Source: a virus
Lineage: Duplodnaviria > Caudoviricetes
Virus record (IMG/VR): IMGVR_UViG_3300031088_000758
Strand: one strand, 5' to 3'
DNA length: 64,000 nt
Shown here: in pieces, positions 36,893 through 47,417 of the stretch
Numbering within the stretch: position 1 is the stretch's first letter
Layout of the letters: each line of letters begins with the position of its first letter
The notes under the pieces: generated by a model
Seen by the model: only the letters and a program-made list of their open reading frames with translations
What the model was told of the DNA's origin: nothing
Databases searched by the model: none
Made by a program: the position numbers and the translations under genes

Positions 36893-39800
36893 TCATTCTG
36901 AATCTTTTTCTTTCTCTGTGGTTTCAGTGTTTTGTTTATTAAGTGGTGCTCTATTAGCCACTTCTTTATTTTTGAAAGCCACAAAGAATTCTTCCCAATC
37001 CATGTTCAAATCTCCACCAACTGCTTCTTTGTACCATACGAAGACAGCTGCAGCATATACTGATTCAATGAATTCATATTCTTCATTAACCCAAGCAAGG
37101 GCAAGAAGATCTTCTCGATTTACATATGGTTTCAAGAATTCAGGTACCTTAGCACTTGCAGGAGCTGAAGCATCTTTTTGGGTTTTGAATTTTTCAAGAT
37201 TTTCTTTGTAGTCTCGAATATCGAAATGAACTGTGTTAGCTAGTCCAAGAAGATCTTTTTGTCTTCTTTCTACAAGTTGTTTCTTATCTAATACAGGTTC
37301 CCCATTCTTATAGAAGTAGCTTCCGTTTTCAAGTCTTTCTTTTTGTTGACCAGCTATCTTAAGAGATTTCTCTTCAGTAATGAAACTTGATTTACCTTTA
37401 AGAGCAAGTCTGTTGAGCTGTTCAACTCTTTCTTTTTCTTTCTTATCAAGTTCTTCTTCTTCCTTGCGAAGGTAGACAAGTTCAACTTCATCTGAACCAG
37501 GTCGCATTCCGTCTGCTTGGCAATCGTAACATAGAAGGTTTCCTTCAATAGTTCTACCACCACGGAAAATACCTGTTCCATTACTGTTCATGTCAAACTC
37601 AATGTTTTCACCACAAGAGGCACATTGTACCAATCCGTTATTGATTTTCTCTTCTTCTGAGATATCACCTTTCAAACGTCTTGTGTTTTCATAAGTAATT
37701 CGAGCATGATTCAAAGATTGCTTACGGTAGGTCAAGTTCTTTATTTCTCTCTTCACACCATAAGCAGCTCCTTCTTTGAATGTTCCACCAGCTCTCTTAG
37801 AGCCAACAGCACCAGCTACAACGCTACCAGTCATTCTTGAAGCATCCTTACTTGCTGTCTTAGCTCTTCCGATAGTTTGCTGTTGAATAACACCACTCAT
37901 TCTATTAGCAGTTCCACTTAAATCAGCACCAGCAAATCGTATATTTGCCATCATGTCAACTAATTTCTTTCTACTGTTCAAAATCAAGATAGACAATAGA
38001 AGGAGAACAATCATACCTTGGAACCAACCTACATTATCAATGATACCAATAGCGGTAGTTATGAATGACATACTCAAAGCTAGTAGTAATCCAATGATAA
38101 TTCTCTTCAAAGTAGTGTTAATTACTAGTTCAGCCCAGCCTTTAAATATTTCCCATCCTTTTCCGCTCCAACATCCTAACAATAAGAATATAGGAGCAAA
38201 AGCCATGATAAGCGCTGTTCCGATAGAATATACTGCTGCCATAGATGCTAATACAAGCGGAGCAGACAGACCAATGAGAGCAATGAGGATACTGGACATG
38301 CTTGTCCAAATTCTTCCGAAACTATTGTTGCCCACCCAAGTGTCCCAATATGGTGTTACAGGATTGTTCTTTGGGACACCATATTCATAAGGTTGTGTTG
38401 TTGTAGTTCCAGACGAAGGTGCTGAACCTTGTGCTGTTCCTGCTCCACTACCGTTTTCAGGGTTAAATCCCATGGCTGTTAAACGCTGGTTAGTGTCAAT
38501 TTTGTTTCCACCTGGGTCAACAGTTTCAAAGTGAAGGTGAGCACCTGTAACACGACCTGTGGCTCCTACTTTACCTACTTCTTGACCTGCTTGTACTGTT
38601 TGTCCGTTGCTTACGCTATAGCCTGATAAATGAAGATAACGATAAGTCCATCCGTCAGCACCTTTAAGTTCAATAATGTTTCCACCAGTACTTGATGAAC
38701 TAGTAGAAATAGTTCCATTCGCAACAGCATACAAAGGTGTTCCAGTAGGTGCGGAATAATCATTTCCAGCGTGAAGTTTTCTCTCACCAGTTACAGGGTG
38801 AGTTCTCATTCCATAGTTAGAGCTTTTACTTGCATTAGCAATAGGGAACACATACTCACCTGATACAGAGACTTCACCAGTACCGGGCACTCCAGAAGAA
38901 ATAACTAAATCAGCAGTTTTTGTTTCTTCTTCGTAATTTGACAAAGCATCAACAATTCTCCACCAATCATTGGACACTCCAGATGTATATTTAGCTTTTT
39001 GTCCTTGATTATCTTCGCCTGTTGCCGCATGAACATTAGTTTGAGTGCTTAAATGATAAATAGCCCAATTATTGATGAATTCACCATCACCAATCGGAAC
39101 AGCTGCATCACCAACCATCTCACCATTTAAGTTTCGTAAATCTGATGATTCGCTTTTCTCGCTCCATTTAGGGATTTCATCGTTAGCCCACAACATTTTC
39201 CAATCAGTTCCAAACTGTCCTTGAGCCCAAGGGCGGAATAAGAAAGCTTGCCAGAACTGACAACTTACTGCTGAGCGCATATTTTCAGAAGCTTGTGTAA
39301 GTAGATTTACATTTTCTTCAATAGTTCCTGATTTTCCATCACCTAGCTTATAACTACCTATATCTGTGTCACATAAACCCGAACTGTTAGGAAGGTTGCC
39401 ACTTAATGTTGTCAATACAACGCTCTGTCCGACTATGGCAACGTTATTGGGAAGAGACATCCAGAAAGAAGGATTAGCAGCAATTATAAACGCCATCAGG
39501 AACATAAACAAAGAACGCAATAAACCTATAAGGGAAGTTCTATACTGTCGTTTAACAATAGCATCCCAGAATAATTTAAAAGCTGTTGCTAAGAATGCCA
39601 AGAAGACTAATGGTTGGAAAATACCTGCAAATAAGGTATCAAACATTCCGCCTTCACTGCCTATGAATTCGTCAATTCCAAACATTCCCACAATATCTGA
39701 TAGGGACAGACCAATGAGAGAGATGGTTACCACAACTATTACTTTAGTTACCCAGAATAAAGCATTCGCTACAACATTTACGATAGAAGTCCAATAATGA

Positions 39801-40465
39801 ACAAGAATACCACGATCAAATTGAATAGTTCTTGGGTCGGGTGAGCTAGATACGTATTCCCATGTAGAACGAGGTTCTAATCTTTCCTCATAGTATAAAC
39901 CTGCACGAGGATCTTTCGGATCAGCATCAGGATTACAAGCATCTACTAGAATGTATTTCCACTCACCTTGATAAGAGCTGAAACTCATGCCTGCTACACC
40001 GAATCGGTCATAGACATTTACTTTTGTTCCACCGTTAAAGGCTTTTTCTGTTTCAGCATCACTTTCATTAGGGATAGCTTCAAGATCATAGCCTAGAATT
40101 TTCTCATTAGTCTCTTTAAATCCAGGGCCAAAAAGATTTAACAACCAATTCAAACCTTGATCAACTTCGGCTATATCACCATTCATAGTGCTTTTCGAGC
40201 GAATTTCATACCAAAAGTCAGAAGTTTGTGAATATTGGTAAAGCTGTTTAGAAGGATCAGGAGCAACATTACATAAAATCCATTGAGTCCAATCAACAGC
40301 TTCAGCTTCCTTTGCTTGTTGAGCTGCTACAGCACTGCCCAAGAAAAATGTGCCTAAAATTACAGCAATCATCATAGAAGCGAATAGTTTGACTCCGCTT
40401 ACAGCGCTTCTTTTTGAATATGTTGTTGAAGGATTCAAGTATGTACTTGAAGCATATTTCTTCAT
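36893..40465 (-). CDS. VirB6/TrbL-like polytopic conjugation protein with inserted M23 peptidase domain
   Basis: Multiple TM blocks; M23 motifs HAGND, YLHLS, TGAHLHFE; C-terminal CxxC..CxxC. Confidence 0.8.
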   Translation of the reverse strand: MKKYASSTYLNPSTTYSKRSAVSGVKLFASMMIAVILGTFFLGSAVAAQQAKEAEAVDWTQWILCNVAPDPSKQLYQYSQTSDFWYEIRSKSTMNGDIAEVDQGLNWLLNLFGPGFKETNEKILGYDLEAIPNESDAETEKAFNGGTKVNVYDRFGVAGMSFSSYQGEWKYILVDACNPDADPKDPRAGLYYEERLEPRSTWEYVSSSPDPRTIQFDRGILVHYWTSIVNVVANALFWVTKVIVVVTISLIGLSLSDIVGMFGIDEFIGSEGGMFDTLFAGIFQPLVFLAFLATAFKLFWDAIVKRQYRTSLIGLLRSLFMFLMAFIIAANPSFWMSLPNNVAIVGQSVVLTTLSGNLPNSSGLCDTDIGSYKLGDGKSGTIEENVNLLTQASENMRSAVSCQFWQAFLFRPWAQGQFGTDWKMLWANDEIPKWSEKSESSDLRNLNGEMVGDAAVPIGDGEFINNWAIYHLSTQTNVHAATGEDNQGQKAKYTSGVSNDWWRIVDALSNYEEETKTADLVISSGVPGTGEVSVSGEYVFPIANASKSSNYGMRTHPVTGERKLHAGNDYSAPTGTPLYAVANGTISTSSSSTGGNIIELKGADGWTYRYLHLSGYSVSNGQTVQAGQEVGKVGATGRVTGAHLHFETVDPGGNKIDTNQRLTAMGFNPENGSGAGTAQGSAPSSGTTTTQPYEYGVPKNNPVTPYWDTWVGNNSFGRIWTSMSSILIALIGLSAPLVLASMAAVYSIGTALIMAFAPIFLLLGCWSGKGWEIFKGWAELVINTTLKRIIIGLLLALSMSFITTAIGIIDNVGWFQGMIVLLLLSILILNSRKKLVDMMANIRFAGADLSGTANRMSGVIQQQTIGRAKTASKDASRMTGSVVAGAVGSKRAGGTFKEGAAYGVKREIKNLTYRKQSLNHARITYENTRRLKGDISEEEKINNGLVQCASCGENIEFDMNSNGTGIFRGGRTIEGNLLCYDCQADGMRPGSDEVELVYLRKEEEELDKKEKERVEQLNRLALKGKSSFITEEKSLKIAGQQKERLENGSYFYKNGEPVLDKKQLVERRQKDLLGLANTVHFDIRDYKENLEKFKTQKDASAPASAKVPEFLKPYVNREDLLALAWVNEEYEFIESVYAAAVFVWYKEAVGGDLNMDWEEFFVAFKNKEVANRAPLNKQNTETTEKEKDSE

Positions 40466-40480
40466 ACTTTTACTCCTCCA

Positions 40481-43400
40481 TCAATCTTTCTTTGCACGAT
40501 GAACAAGACCATGAACCAGATTTCGCATCTCTTCGATTCTTTCTTGATTCATCTGTTGTTTATCCGTTATGTTAGCTAGCTTTTCAGAATCTTTATCTAA
40601 TGATTTCGACAACTCTTCATTGTTCCTATCATTCATACTTCTAATATCTTCTTGGGCTTGTAAAGTGACACTTGAAGAAGCTATGGTATCTTCATACTTC
40701 TTTTCTAATTCTTTCAGAGTTTGATTATAGTTGCTAATCTGTCGTTTTATGTATGCAACAGTTTTATCTCTTGTGTCTTTATCTTTGATATCTTTACTTT
40801 CCGCTAGTGCTCTTCTACGTTCTTGGCGCTTTACCTTCACTTCTTCAATCTCATCTCTTATCGGTTTGACAAGAGCGGATTCTTCCAAATGACTAATAGA
40901 TGATAGTTCATCTTCTGACAACTCAGTTTGATCAGTATTAACATCAGAGTTTTTTGCATCATTATAGTTATTGACAAAACTTCTACTGTCTTGATTCATA
41001 GAGCGAATTTCTTCAAGATTCTGTTTATTAATTTCTTCTTGAACTTTATTCATCTTTTCACGTGTATTTATTTGACGTGAAAGTCTTCTAGAGGCAATTG
41101 CACCAGTTGCCATGTTAGACATAACAGGAGGTTCAGGCTTGACAACTTTGGTTCCATCAGCATCAATCTTGAATTTCTCATCTGATTTAGTCACAGGGTT
41201 TTGCTCAACTGTTTCCTCTGCTTTGAGAGATTCATACTTCTGTAATTCGCTTTCATACTGACGATGTTTTTCAGTTTTCTCATGGGCAGATTTACGAATG
41301 TCTTTAGCAAGGCCATGTTCATTCAATCTTTGTTCTGTTTGTTGCTCAGCAGCTATTCTTGATTCAATCATAGTCTGAGCAAGTCCAAATCCACGATGAC
41401 GTTGACGATTCTTCAAGCGAGCAACAGCTTGCTGACTGCTCTTAGAAGCTTCACCTTTAATGTTATCCCAAGCAGCTTTTCCACGTGCACCTTTTCCGCC
41501 TGACATGTATCCACCAATAGCGCCACCAGCAAAAGCAGTAGCACCTACCTGTGCTCTCTTAATATTGTTTCCAAGAAGAGAACCAGAAGTATGCTTATCC
41601 CTAATGTTCTGATCAATCCATTCTTTAGGCTTATCCATGAACTGTTGTCCAATAGGTTGTCCAAATCCACTACTAATTGTCTCAAATACAAATCTGAGTA
41701 TACTTTTACGTGCTCCTATGAAGAATAGAAGAATAGCCACTGTAAACACTATAGACAATAGGTAGTTTTCTGATAGTGTTCCTAGTTGAGCAACAATTCT
41801 AAAAAGAACAGCCAGTATAGTTACAAGAACAATTCTTTGTACCATCAAGCCAATAATACTTCCTATGTATCCTTTAAGTTTTAAACGTCCCATAGTTGGG
41901 TGGATACCGAATAAGAACATGAAAGGAAGCAATATGAGCATCATAGTCATAACAAAAGCAATTTGAATTTTTGCTAAGGAGTAAGAGATTACTGTAATAG
42001 CCCCTATAATCGCTACAATAGCCGATAAAGGCCCGATTAAGGCACGTTCAAGAGTTTGTCCACTCCATGCCTCAAAGTATCTAGAATCGGTTCCAGCGCC
42101 GTTGTTTGGACCTGCTTGAAGATCTACTATTCTGTATAAGTCAGTATCTAAACGACCTGTTGGTGTCTCTAAATCTTTAAAGTAAGCAGTTCCTGATGAC
42201 ATTGTATCTAGTTGGTACAATGCCCAGTTTCTTTCGTTAAATCCTCCGCCCATGTTAACAGAAGCATTTCCGACCAAAGCTTGATTAGTATTAGTCATAG
42301 TGTTTTCGTTGCCACTATTCGCTGCATAAAGGTTACTGTAATCCGTTCCCCATTGACCCCTAACCCAAGGATTAAAAGCAAATGTTCTCCAGTTTTCGCA
42401 CATCAACACACGTGTACCTTCATTGGTTCCAATACCAATAGCATTTCCATCAAGATCAACAAAATTAGAACCCGCTATTGATCCTGTAGCATGACACAAA
42501 TTATCATCAGATCTATTACCAAGGCTGAAAACGCTTCCCATTATGGCTGTTTCAACCATTGATGGAACCTCATCAACAGCGTTAACTACCATGGCAGGCT
42601 TGAACATTAGAATAGTTCCAGCAATTATTGTCAAACAAAGCATCAATATGCTTCCCGCTTGTGTTTGGTAATTCTTATTACGTCCAACATTCCACATAAT
42701 TTGCACACCGGCTAAACCAATGAACAAAGTAATCAAAGGGAAGAAAAGGCTCTCACGGAATCTTTCAATAAGTTCTACTACTAACTTGTCAATACCCAAA
42801 GTTTTCAAAACAGGTTCATAAGATAGGCTGATAACAGTGTTTGAAATCCTAGTAGCGAAAGAAGCAATAGTTAAACCTACGTTTCCTATTGAAGAAACAA
42901 TTCGGTCTATTGGAAATATAATACTTAGGAAGTTATCGCTTGAGTTTTTGTATCTTGTGTCAATTCCTGGTTGTTTTTGACTACTCTCATAGCCGTTTCC
43001 GAAAAATCCATTTTGAATAGGAGGTCTTACAGGTTTACAGCCCTCGTTTAGATCACCATTATAATCATACAATGGAACTAATTGTCCATTAGAGTCTAAG
43101 ATATCATTACCTTTTGAATCAACACAAACATATCTATTCCAAGGTGCATTAAAGTTTTCTTTATGGTTTCCAGTTATCCAATTGCTGATGTTAGCCGGAT
43201 TGAACAAATTAGTCAACCATTCCACATTGGAATCATATTGCTCTTGATTTTCAACGTTTTTCACAACAATGCTATAATTTGTGTTCCAGCATATACGGAA
43301 GCTAGCAAGAGTATCTTTACGTGCTGATTCATTTGTGTTTATATCACACTGTAGATTATACTTATCAGCGGTTTTAAACATTTCGGAATTATTTGACTTC

Positions 43401-44764
43401 CATTGAGCCATTGTTTCTAGCTTCTGATTACCTTCAGCATCCCAAGTGTATTTTGCTTTATCGTTTGATTCAGGATCATTTCCACGATCTCTTATTTCAA
43501 AAGCTACCTGAGCAGCTTTCGCACATTCAGGCTCAGTAACTCCAGGCGCTATTTTACCGTTTCCGTACTTTATCTCTTCGTTTCTGCCGCTTTCATTGAC
43601 AATAACACACTTTGATATGGCTTCTTTGGGATCAGGTGGACCTTCTTTAATTTGTCTTAACTCACCTGGAATAGTGGCTAAATCAGGTGAAGATGAGGTA
43701 AGCATTGAAATAATCGTATTTTGTGTTCTTGCAGCCATTTCTGTTTCAGTTAACTCACGAGCATTATATAGAGTTCCACCATAAGATACACGATACCAAG
43801 CATTAGTTGCAAAAACATTATGATCTGAAGTGTCTAATATGGAATTTATACTTGATGATGCAGCACCTGACCAGAATCCAGAGAATCCACCACCTACGGC
43901 TGAGAAAAAGTTTCCTGTTGATAATCCATCCATGAAACCTTGAGCACTGCCTGAAACACCACCAGCAACACCTTGTGCAACAGAAGTGACTCCCATTTTA
44001 AAATCATCCATGAAACCAAAGTTAGACATTGCACGAGCTGTTGTCATGACTTTTATATGGTCCCATTCACCATTGTACGTAGTGTAGCTTAGGTTATATC
44101 CATATAATTCTAAGGCTGTGTATTTAACAGCTCTTTCATTGGGATTAACAGGAGCACCATCTGCGGGGATTCCTTGTGGCAAACCAAAAACAGAAGCATC
44201 CAATGTTGCACTTGTTGTGTTGCCACCAATAATTCCTTGCTGAGAACCAACGGATAAGAAATCTTGAATAAGTTCAGTAAGAATATTCGGGATATCGCAA
44301 TTATGGTATACTGGAGTCCCTGAATGAGGATTATCAGCACTACATTGGAGTCCTACTGGAACGCTGTTATCGGAGCTATAGCCTTTAGAAGTATCATTAA
44401 TATAGTGAATGCTGAATAAACGTGATAGAACATATCCGAACGAATCTTTGTCCTCTTTTGCACTTTCGGCTTTTTCTAAGGCTGGAAAAAGCGCCGACCT
44501 TTCTTCACCTTCTTTTGAATCTTCTAAAAATTTGTCAGCTGCTTCTTGAATTTTTTCTTTTGCTTCATCTTCTTTTTCAGCGTGAGCTAATAAACTTCCT
44601 GAGGAAAAGATTGTTGTTGTTAAACTAGTTCCCGCAAAAACAAAGGCTAGGATTATACATATAATAGCGTATGAAGCAGTAGGTAGGCGCGAGAATCTAA
44701 CAGTATCTTGTGTTCCGTCAAGATACTGGTTGCTTAGATTAATCCTCTTTTTTTTAAAAAGCAT
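40481..44764 (-). CDS. Giant VirB6/TrbL-like polytopic conjugation protein (paralog of 36893-40465)
   Basis: Shared blocks CENWRTFAFNPWVRGQWGTD / CQFWQAFLFRPWAQGQFGTD and NWALYQL / NWAIYHL; C-terminal coiled coil. Confidence 0.75.
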   Translation of the reverse strand: MLFKKKRINLSNQYLDGTQDTVRFSRLPTASYAIICIILAFVFAGTSLTTTIFSSGSLLAHAEKEDEAKEKIQEAADKFLEDSKEGEERSALFPALEKAESAKEDKDSFGYVLSRLFSIHYINDTSKGYSSDNSVPVGLQCSADNPHSGTPVYHNCDIPNILTELIQDFLSVGSQQGIIGGNTTSATLDASVFGLPQGIPADGAPVNPNERAVKYTALELYGYNLSYTTYNGEWDHIKVMTTARAMSNFGFMDDFKMGVTSVAQGVAGGVSGSAQGFMDGLSTGNFFSAVGGGFSGFWSGAASSSINSILDTSDHNVFATNAWYRVSYGGTLYNARELTETEMAARTQNTIISMLTSSSPDLATIPGELRQIKEGPPDPKEAISKCVIVNESGRNEEIKYGNGKIAPGVTEPECAKAAQVAFEIRDRGNDPESNDKAKYTWDAEGNQKLETMAQWKSNNSEMFKTADKYNLQCDINTNESARKDTLASFRICWNTNYSIVVKNVENQEQYDSNVEWLTNLFNPANISNWITGNHKENFNAPWNRYVCVDSKGNDILDSNGQLVPLYDYNGDLNEGCKPVRPPIQNGFFGNGYESSQKQPGIDTRYKNSSDNFLSIIFPIDRIVSSIGNVGLTIASFATRISNTVISLSYEPVLKTLGIDKLVVELIERFRESLFFPLITLFIGLAGVQIMWNVGRNKNYQTQAGSILMLCLTIIAGTILMFKPAMVVNAVDEVPSMVETAIMGSVFSLGNRSDDNLCHATGSIAGSNFVDLDGNAIGIGTNEGTRVLMCENWRTFAFNPWVRGQWGTDYSNLYAANSGNENTMTNTNQALVGNASVNMGGGFNERNWALYQLDTMSSGTAYFKDLETPTGRLDTDLYRIVDLQAGPNNGAGTDSRYFEAWSGQTLERALIGPLSAIVAIIGAITVISYSLAKIQIAFVMTMMLILLPFMFLFGIHPTMGRLKLKGYIGSIIGLMVQRIVLVTILAVLFRIVAQLGTLSENYLLSIVFTVAILLFFIGARKSILRFVFETISSGFGQPIGQQFMDKPKEWIDQNIRDKHTSGSLLGNNIKRAQVGATAFAGGAIGGYMSGGKGARGKAAWDNIKGEASKSSQQAVARLKNRQRHRGFGLAQTMIESRIAAEQQTEQRLNEHGLAKDIRKSAHEKTEKHRQYESELQKYESLKAEETVEQNPVTKSDEKFKIDADGTKVVKPEPPVMSNMATGAIASRRLSRQINTREKMNKVQEEINKQNLEEIRSMNQDSRSFVNNYNDAKNSDVNTDQTELSEDELSSISHLEESALVKPIRDEIEEVKVKRQERRRALAESKDIKDKDTRDKTVAYIKRQISNYNQTLKELEKKYEDTIASSSVTLQAQEDIRSMNDRNNEELSKSLDKDSEKLANITDKQQMNQERIEEMRNLVHGLVHRAKKD

Positions 44765-44912
44765 CTACAACTTCTCCAAAGTAATACCATATTGATTCAA
44801 GATTCATATGTTCTTTTATCTTTTATTTTCTAAAAATTTTTAATATTTTCCACATTAAATCATCAATATGAATATCTACTACGCTTCTTTAAATGTATTG
44901 AAAAAATAATTA

Positions 44913-45467
44913 TTATTTTTCAGTGTTATCTCTGTCGTTTATTGCATATAAGACCGCTTTGCATGTATCTGGTCTATTACCGCAAAATCTACAATCGTAT
45001 CCATACTTGCGAGACTTCTGAACATAATGATTTTCATAAACTTTAACTTTTCGAAAGCCGAGACAGAACAACAAATCTTCGCTTCCAATAAGAGGAACAC
45101 CTGGTTCACCATCTCTATCGTCAATACCAGGTGTTTTTAACATTAATTCTACTCTGTCTACTCCGTATGCTGACATTTTTCGTAAAACACCAAATGTTAA
45201 TAATGTTCCGAAACCTTCTTTTCGATAAGGAGTAGCTACACAAACTGCATCAACTATTCCCGTAACATATGTTCTGCCATTTCCTAATCTTGTGTTTTCA
45301 AAATGGTATAAAGCAAAACCAATAAAAATTCCATCAGAAATTTTAATCATTAGATGGTAAGTGTGAGAATAGCTGAACAAAGATTTAAGTACACCAAGAC
45401 CTAGTGCATCATTGGCAATATGTTTAATCTCCAAAGGGAGTGAAGCATAAGTTAATTTGGAGCTCAT
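44913..45467 (-). CDS. GNAT family acetyltransferase
   Basis: VCVATPYRKEGFGTLL (motif A), LGF; C-terminal CxxC..C. Confidence 0.85.
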   Translation of the reverse strand: MSSKLTYASLPLEIKHIANDALGLGVLKSLFSYSHTYHLMIKISDGIFIGFALYHFENTRLGNGRTYVTGIVDAVCVATPYRKEGFGTLLTFGVLRKMSAYGVDRVELMLKTPGIDDRDGEPGVPLIGSEDLLFCLGFRKVKVYENHYVQKSRKYGYDCRFCGNRPDTCKAVLYAINDRDNTEK

Positions 45468-45569
45468 TAAATCCTCTTTCTTAGTTAAAAACTACAAGCA
45501 TAATTATAATATCATTTATACAACTGTATTTCTAAGCAAGATAAAAAGAAAACGCACACTTTTAGAGTC

Positions 45570-46034
45570 TCAGTATTCTTCTTCATCATCATGCAAAAAC
45601 GGATTATACGGATCTGTTTTTTCAGTAGGTTCATTATTGCTTTTTTCAGAAGTCAATTGGTTATCCTTAGATTTTCTATTTCTAGGTTTAAGCCCGTATT
45701 CTTTGTAAATATCGCGCCAATTATTGCGATCTATAACATCTTTCTCGCCATTAAATTGATTGAACCTGATCTTCCACAATTCTTTTAAATGTTTAGACAA
45801 AGATATGGTTAACCTTTGATGGTTGTCAATCTTTTGTCCTTTACCAAAAGAATAACCTTTCCATTCTTTTGATTTGATATGAATCAAGCCTAAGAAAGAA
45901 AACTTGCCTTCATTGATGATTTCTTCTACCATGACATCTAACATGGAATTGACAATCATTTCTACTACATCTTGACGGATATTAGAGTGTTCAGAAATTT
46001 TTTTGATAAATAAGTATTTTTTAGAGTATGCCAT
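45570..46034 (-). CDS. HU/IHF-like DNA-binding protein (divergent)
   Basis: SKKYLFIKKISEHSNIRQDVVEMIVNSMLDVMVEEIINEGKFSFLGL follows the HU/IHF pattern. Confidence 0.7.
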   Translation of the reverse strand: MAYSKKYLFIKKISEHSNIRQDVVEMIVNSMLDVMVEEIINEGKFSFLGLIHIKSKEWKGYSFGKGQKIDNHQRLTISLSKHLKELWKIRFNQFNGEKDVIDRNNWRDIYKEYGLKPRNRKSKDNQLTSEKSNNEPTEKTDPYNPFLHDDEEEY

Positions 46035-46059
46035 AGTGTTTTTAAAACCTTATCAGTAA

Positions 46060-46530
46060 TCAGCTAGAATATGAGCCAACACCATAAAATACGGCTGTTC
46101 TTGCCCATGTTTTAATTTTTGATTGAATAAAATCCGCAAAATGAGACAGTTCTATGGATTCTTCATTCTTTTCTTGATCCAGTTCCCACCCATCACGTGT
46201 GTAAAAAAGTCTAGCACTTGGCAATTTTACATCTTCAGGTGCGGGAAGAGTTATCTCAATACCTCTTTTGTGTGAGTTAGCTCGAATAGTGAGCTGATCT
46301 GAAAAATCCCAATTATTTTTAGCATGATCCGAAGTTTTCATTCTTACTTGCTCTTTGGCATAATTAAAAATAGTCTCTTTTTGTTTGTAATTAATATAAA
46401 CTCCCCATTTTTTGCTTGATTTTTCTAATTCTTTTTCCATCTCATCTGATAGAATCTCAGCAAAATTTTCGGGTAGATTTATATGTATAATCATCTTAGT
46501 ATCAGTTCTCACAGTATTTATGCCTCTCAT
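46060..46530 (-). CDS. Hypothetical protein
   Basis: 156-aa ORF. Confidence 0.7.
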   Translation of the reverse strand: MRGINTVRTDTKMIIHINLPENFAEILSDEMEKELEKSSKKWGVYINYKQKETIFNYAKEQVRMKTSDHAKNNWDFSDQLTIRANSHKRGIEITLPAPEDVKLPSARLFYTRDGWELDQEKNEESIELSHFADFIQSKIKTWARTAVFYGVGSYSS

Positions 46531-46570
46531 TTTATTAATGTTAAGAAATTACAATAATATCTTATCAATA

Positions 46571-46608
46571 AAATAATGACCCAACCAAAAATAGTTGGGT
46601 CATTATTT
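46571..46608 (-). terminator. Terminator after HU gene
   Basis: AAATAATGACCCAAC / GTTGGGTCATTATTT. Confidence 0.8.
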
Positions 46609-46621
46609 ATGAAATTTTATT

Positions 46622-46921
46622 TCATTCAGATTCTGCTTCTCCAGCAACAACATCTCTGAAGTGCCTGAAAATACGAACTTTTACAGCATTACGCTCAGGA
46701 ACAGTAATTTCTTCACCAGAAATAGGTGAGATTGCTTTACGCTCTGAACGAACAACAGGTGTGAATGCTACGAATCCGCTAATCTTCACTTCTACTTTGC
46801 CTACAACTGACTCTTCAACAGTCTCTTGGAACGCTGTTAAGAAACGATCAGTTGCCGCTTTGCTCTCGCCTGTTTTTTCTGCAATTTTTGCTACTAACTC
46901 GGGTCTATTCATAACTGACAT
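46622..46921 (-). CDS. hup: HU family DNA-binding protein
   Basis: MNRPELVAKIAEKTG..VKISGFVAF..RSERKAISPISGEEITVP. Confidence 0.92.
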   Translation of the reverse strand: MSVMNRPELVAKIAEKTGESKAATDRFLTAFQETVEESVVGKVEVKISGFVAFTPVVRSERKAISPISGEEITVPERNAVKVRIFRHFRDVVAGEAESE

Positions 46922-47117
46922 ACTTTATCTCCAATCTAATTTAACTTACATTTACTCTAAAAATAGTCCGATAAAATCCTGACTTTTTATTAATTTTAAT
47001 ATCAGAACAATCTTTTTAAGAAAAATATCTAAAAAATAATCTAACTATTTGAAGCCTATATTATTATAACATTTTATTAATGAAAAACACAGAATAAGTT
47101 GAGCATTCTGTAATTTA

Positions 47118-47417
47118 TTATTTTCTGTCTAAGAAACTTTCTACATTCAAATTATTTTCTTCATCCTCGTAGAACAAAGATGAAGCTTCGCCTTCTTCTA
47201 GTACTTCTGTTGGTTCTTCTTCAACTTCAGAAGTATCTAGCCCTAACTCCGACAAAGAAGGAAGAATTTCGCTTTTTTGTTCATCACGAGAAGCTTTTAT
47301 CTTTAGAGCAAGGATAATAAGCAGAAAAACTGCCAACAATCCAATTACTCCAGTAAAACCATAAATGATTAGTTGACGTTCTTGAATCGTCATAGCGTTC
47401 AATAGTAAATTGATCAT
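47118..47417 (-). CDS. Small bitopic membrane protein
   Basis: One TM, acidic tail; ATGA overlap with upstream gene. Confidence 0.7.
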   Translation of the reverse strand: MINLLLNAMTIQERQLIIYGFTGVIGLLAVFLLIILALKIKASRDEQKSEILPSLSELGLDTSEVEEEPTEVLEEGEASSLFYEDEENNLNVESFLDRK

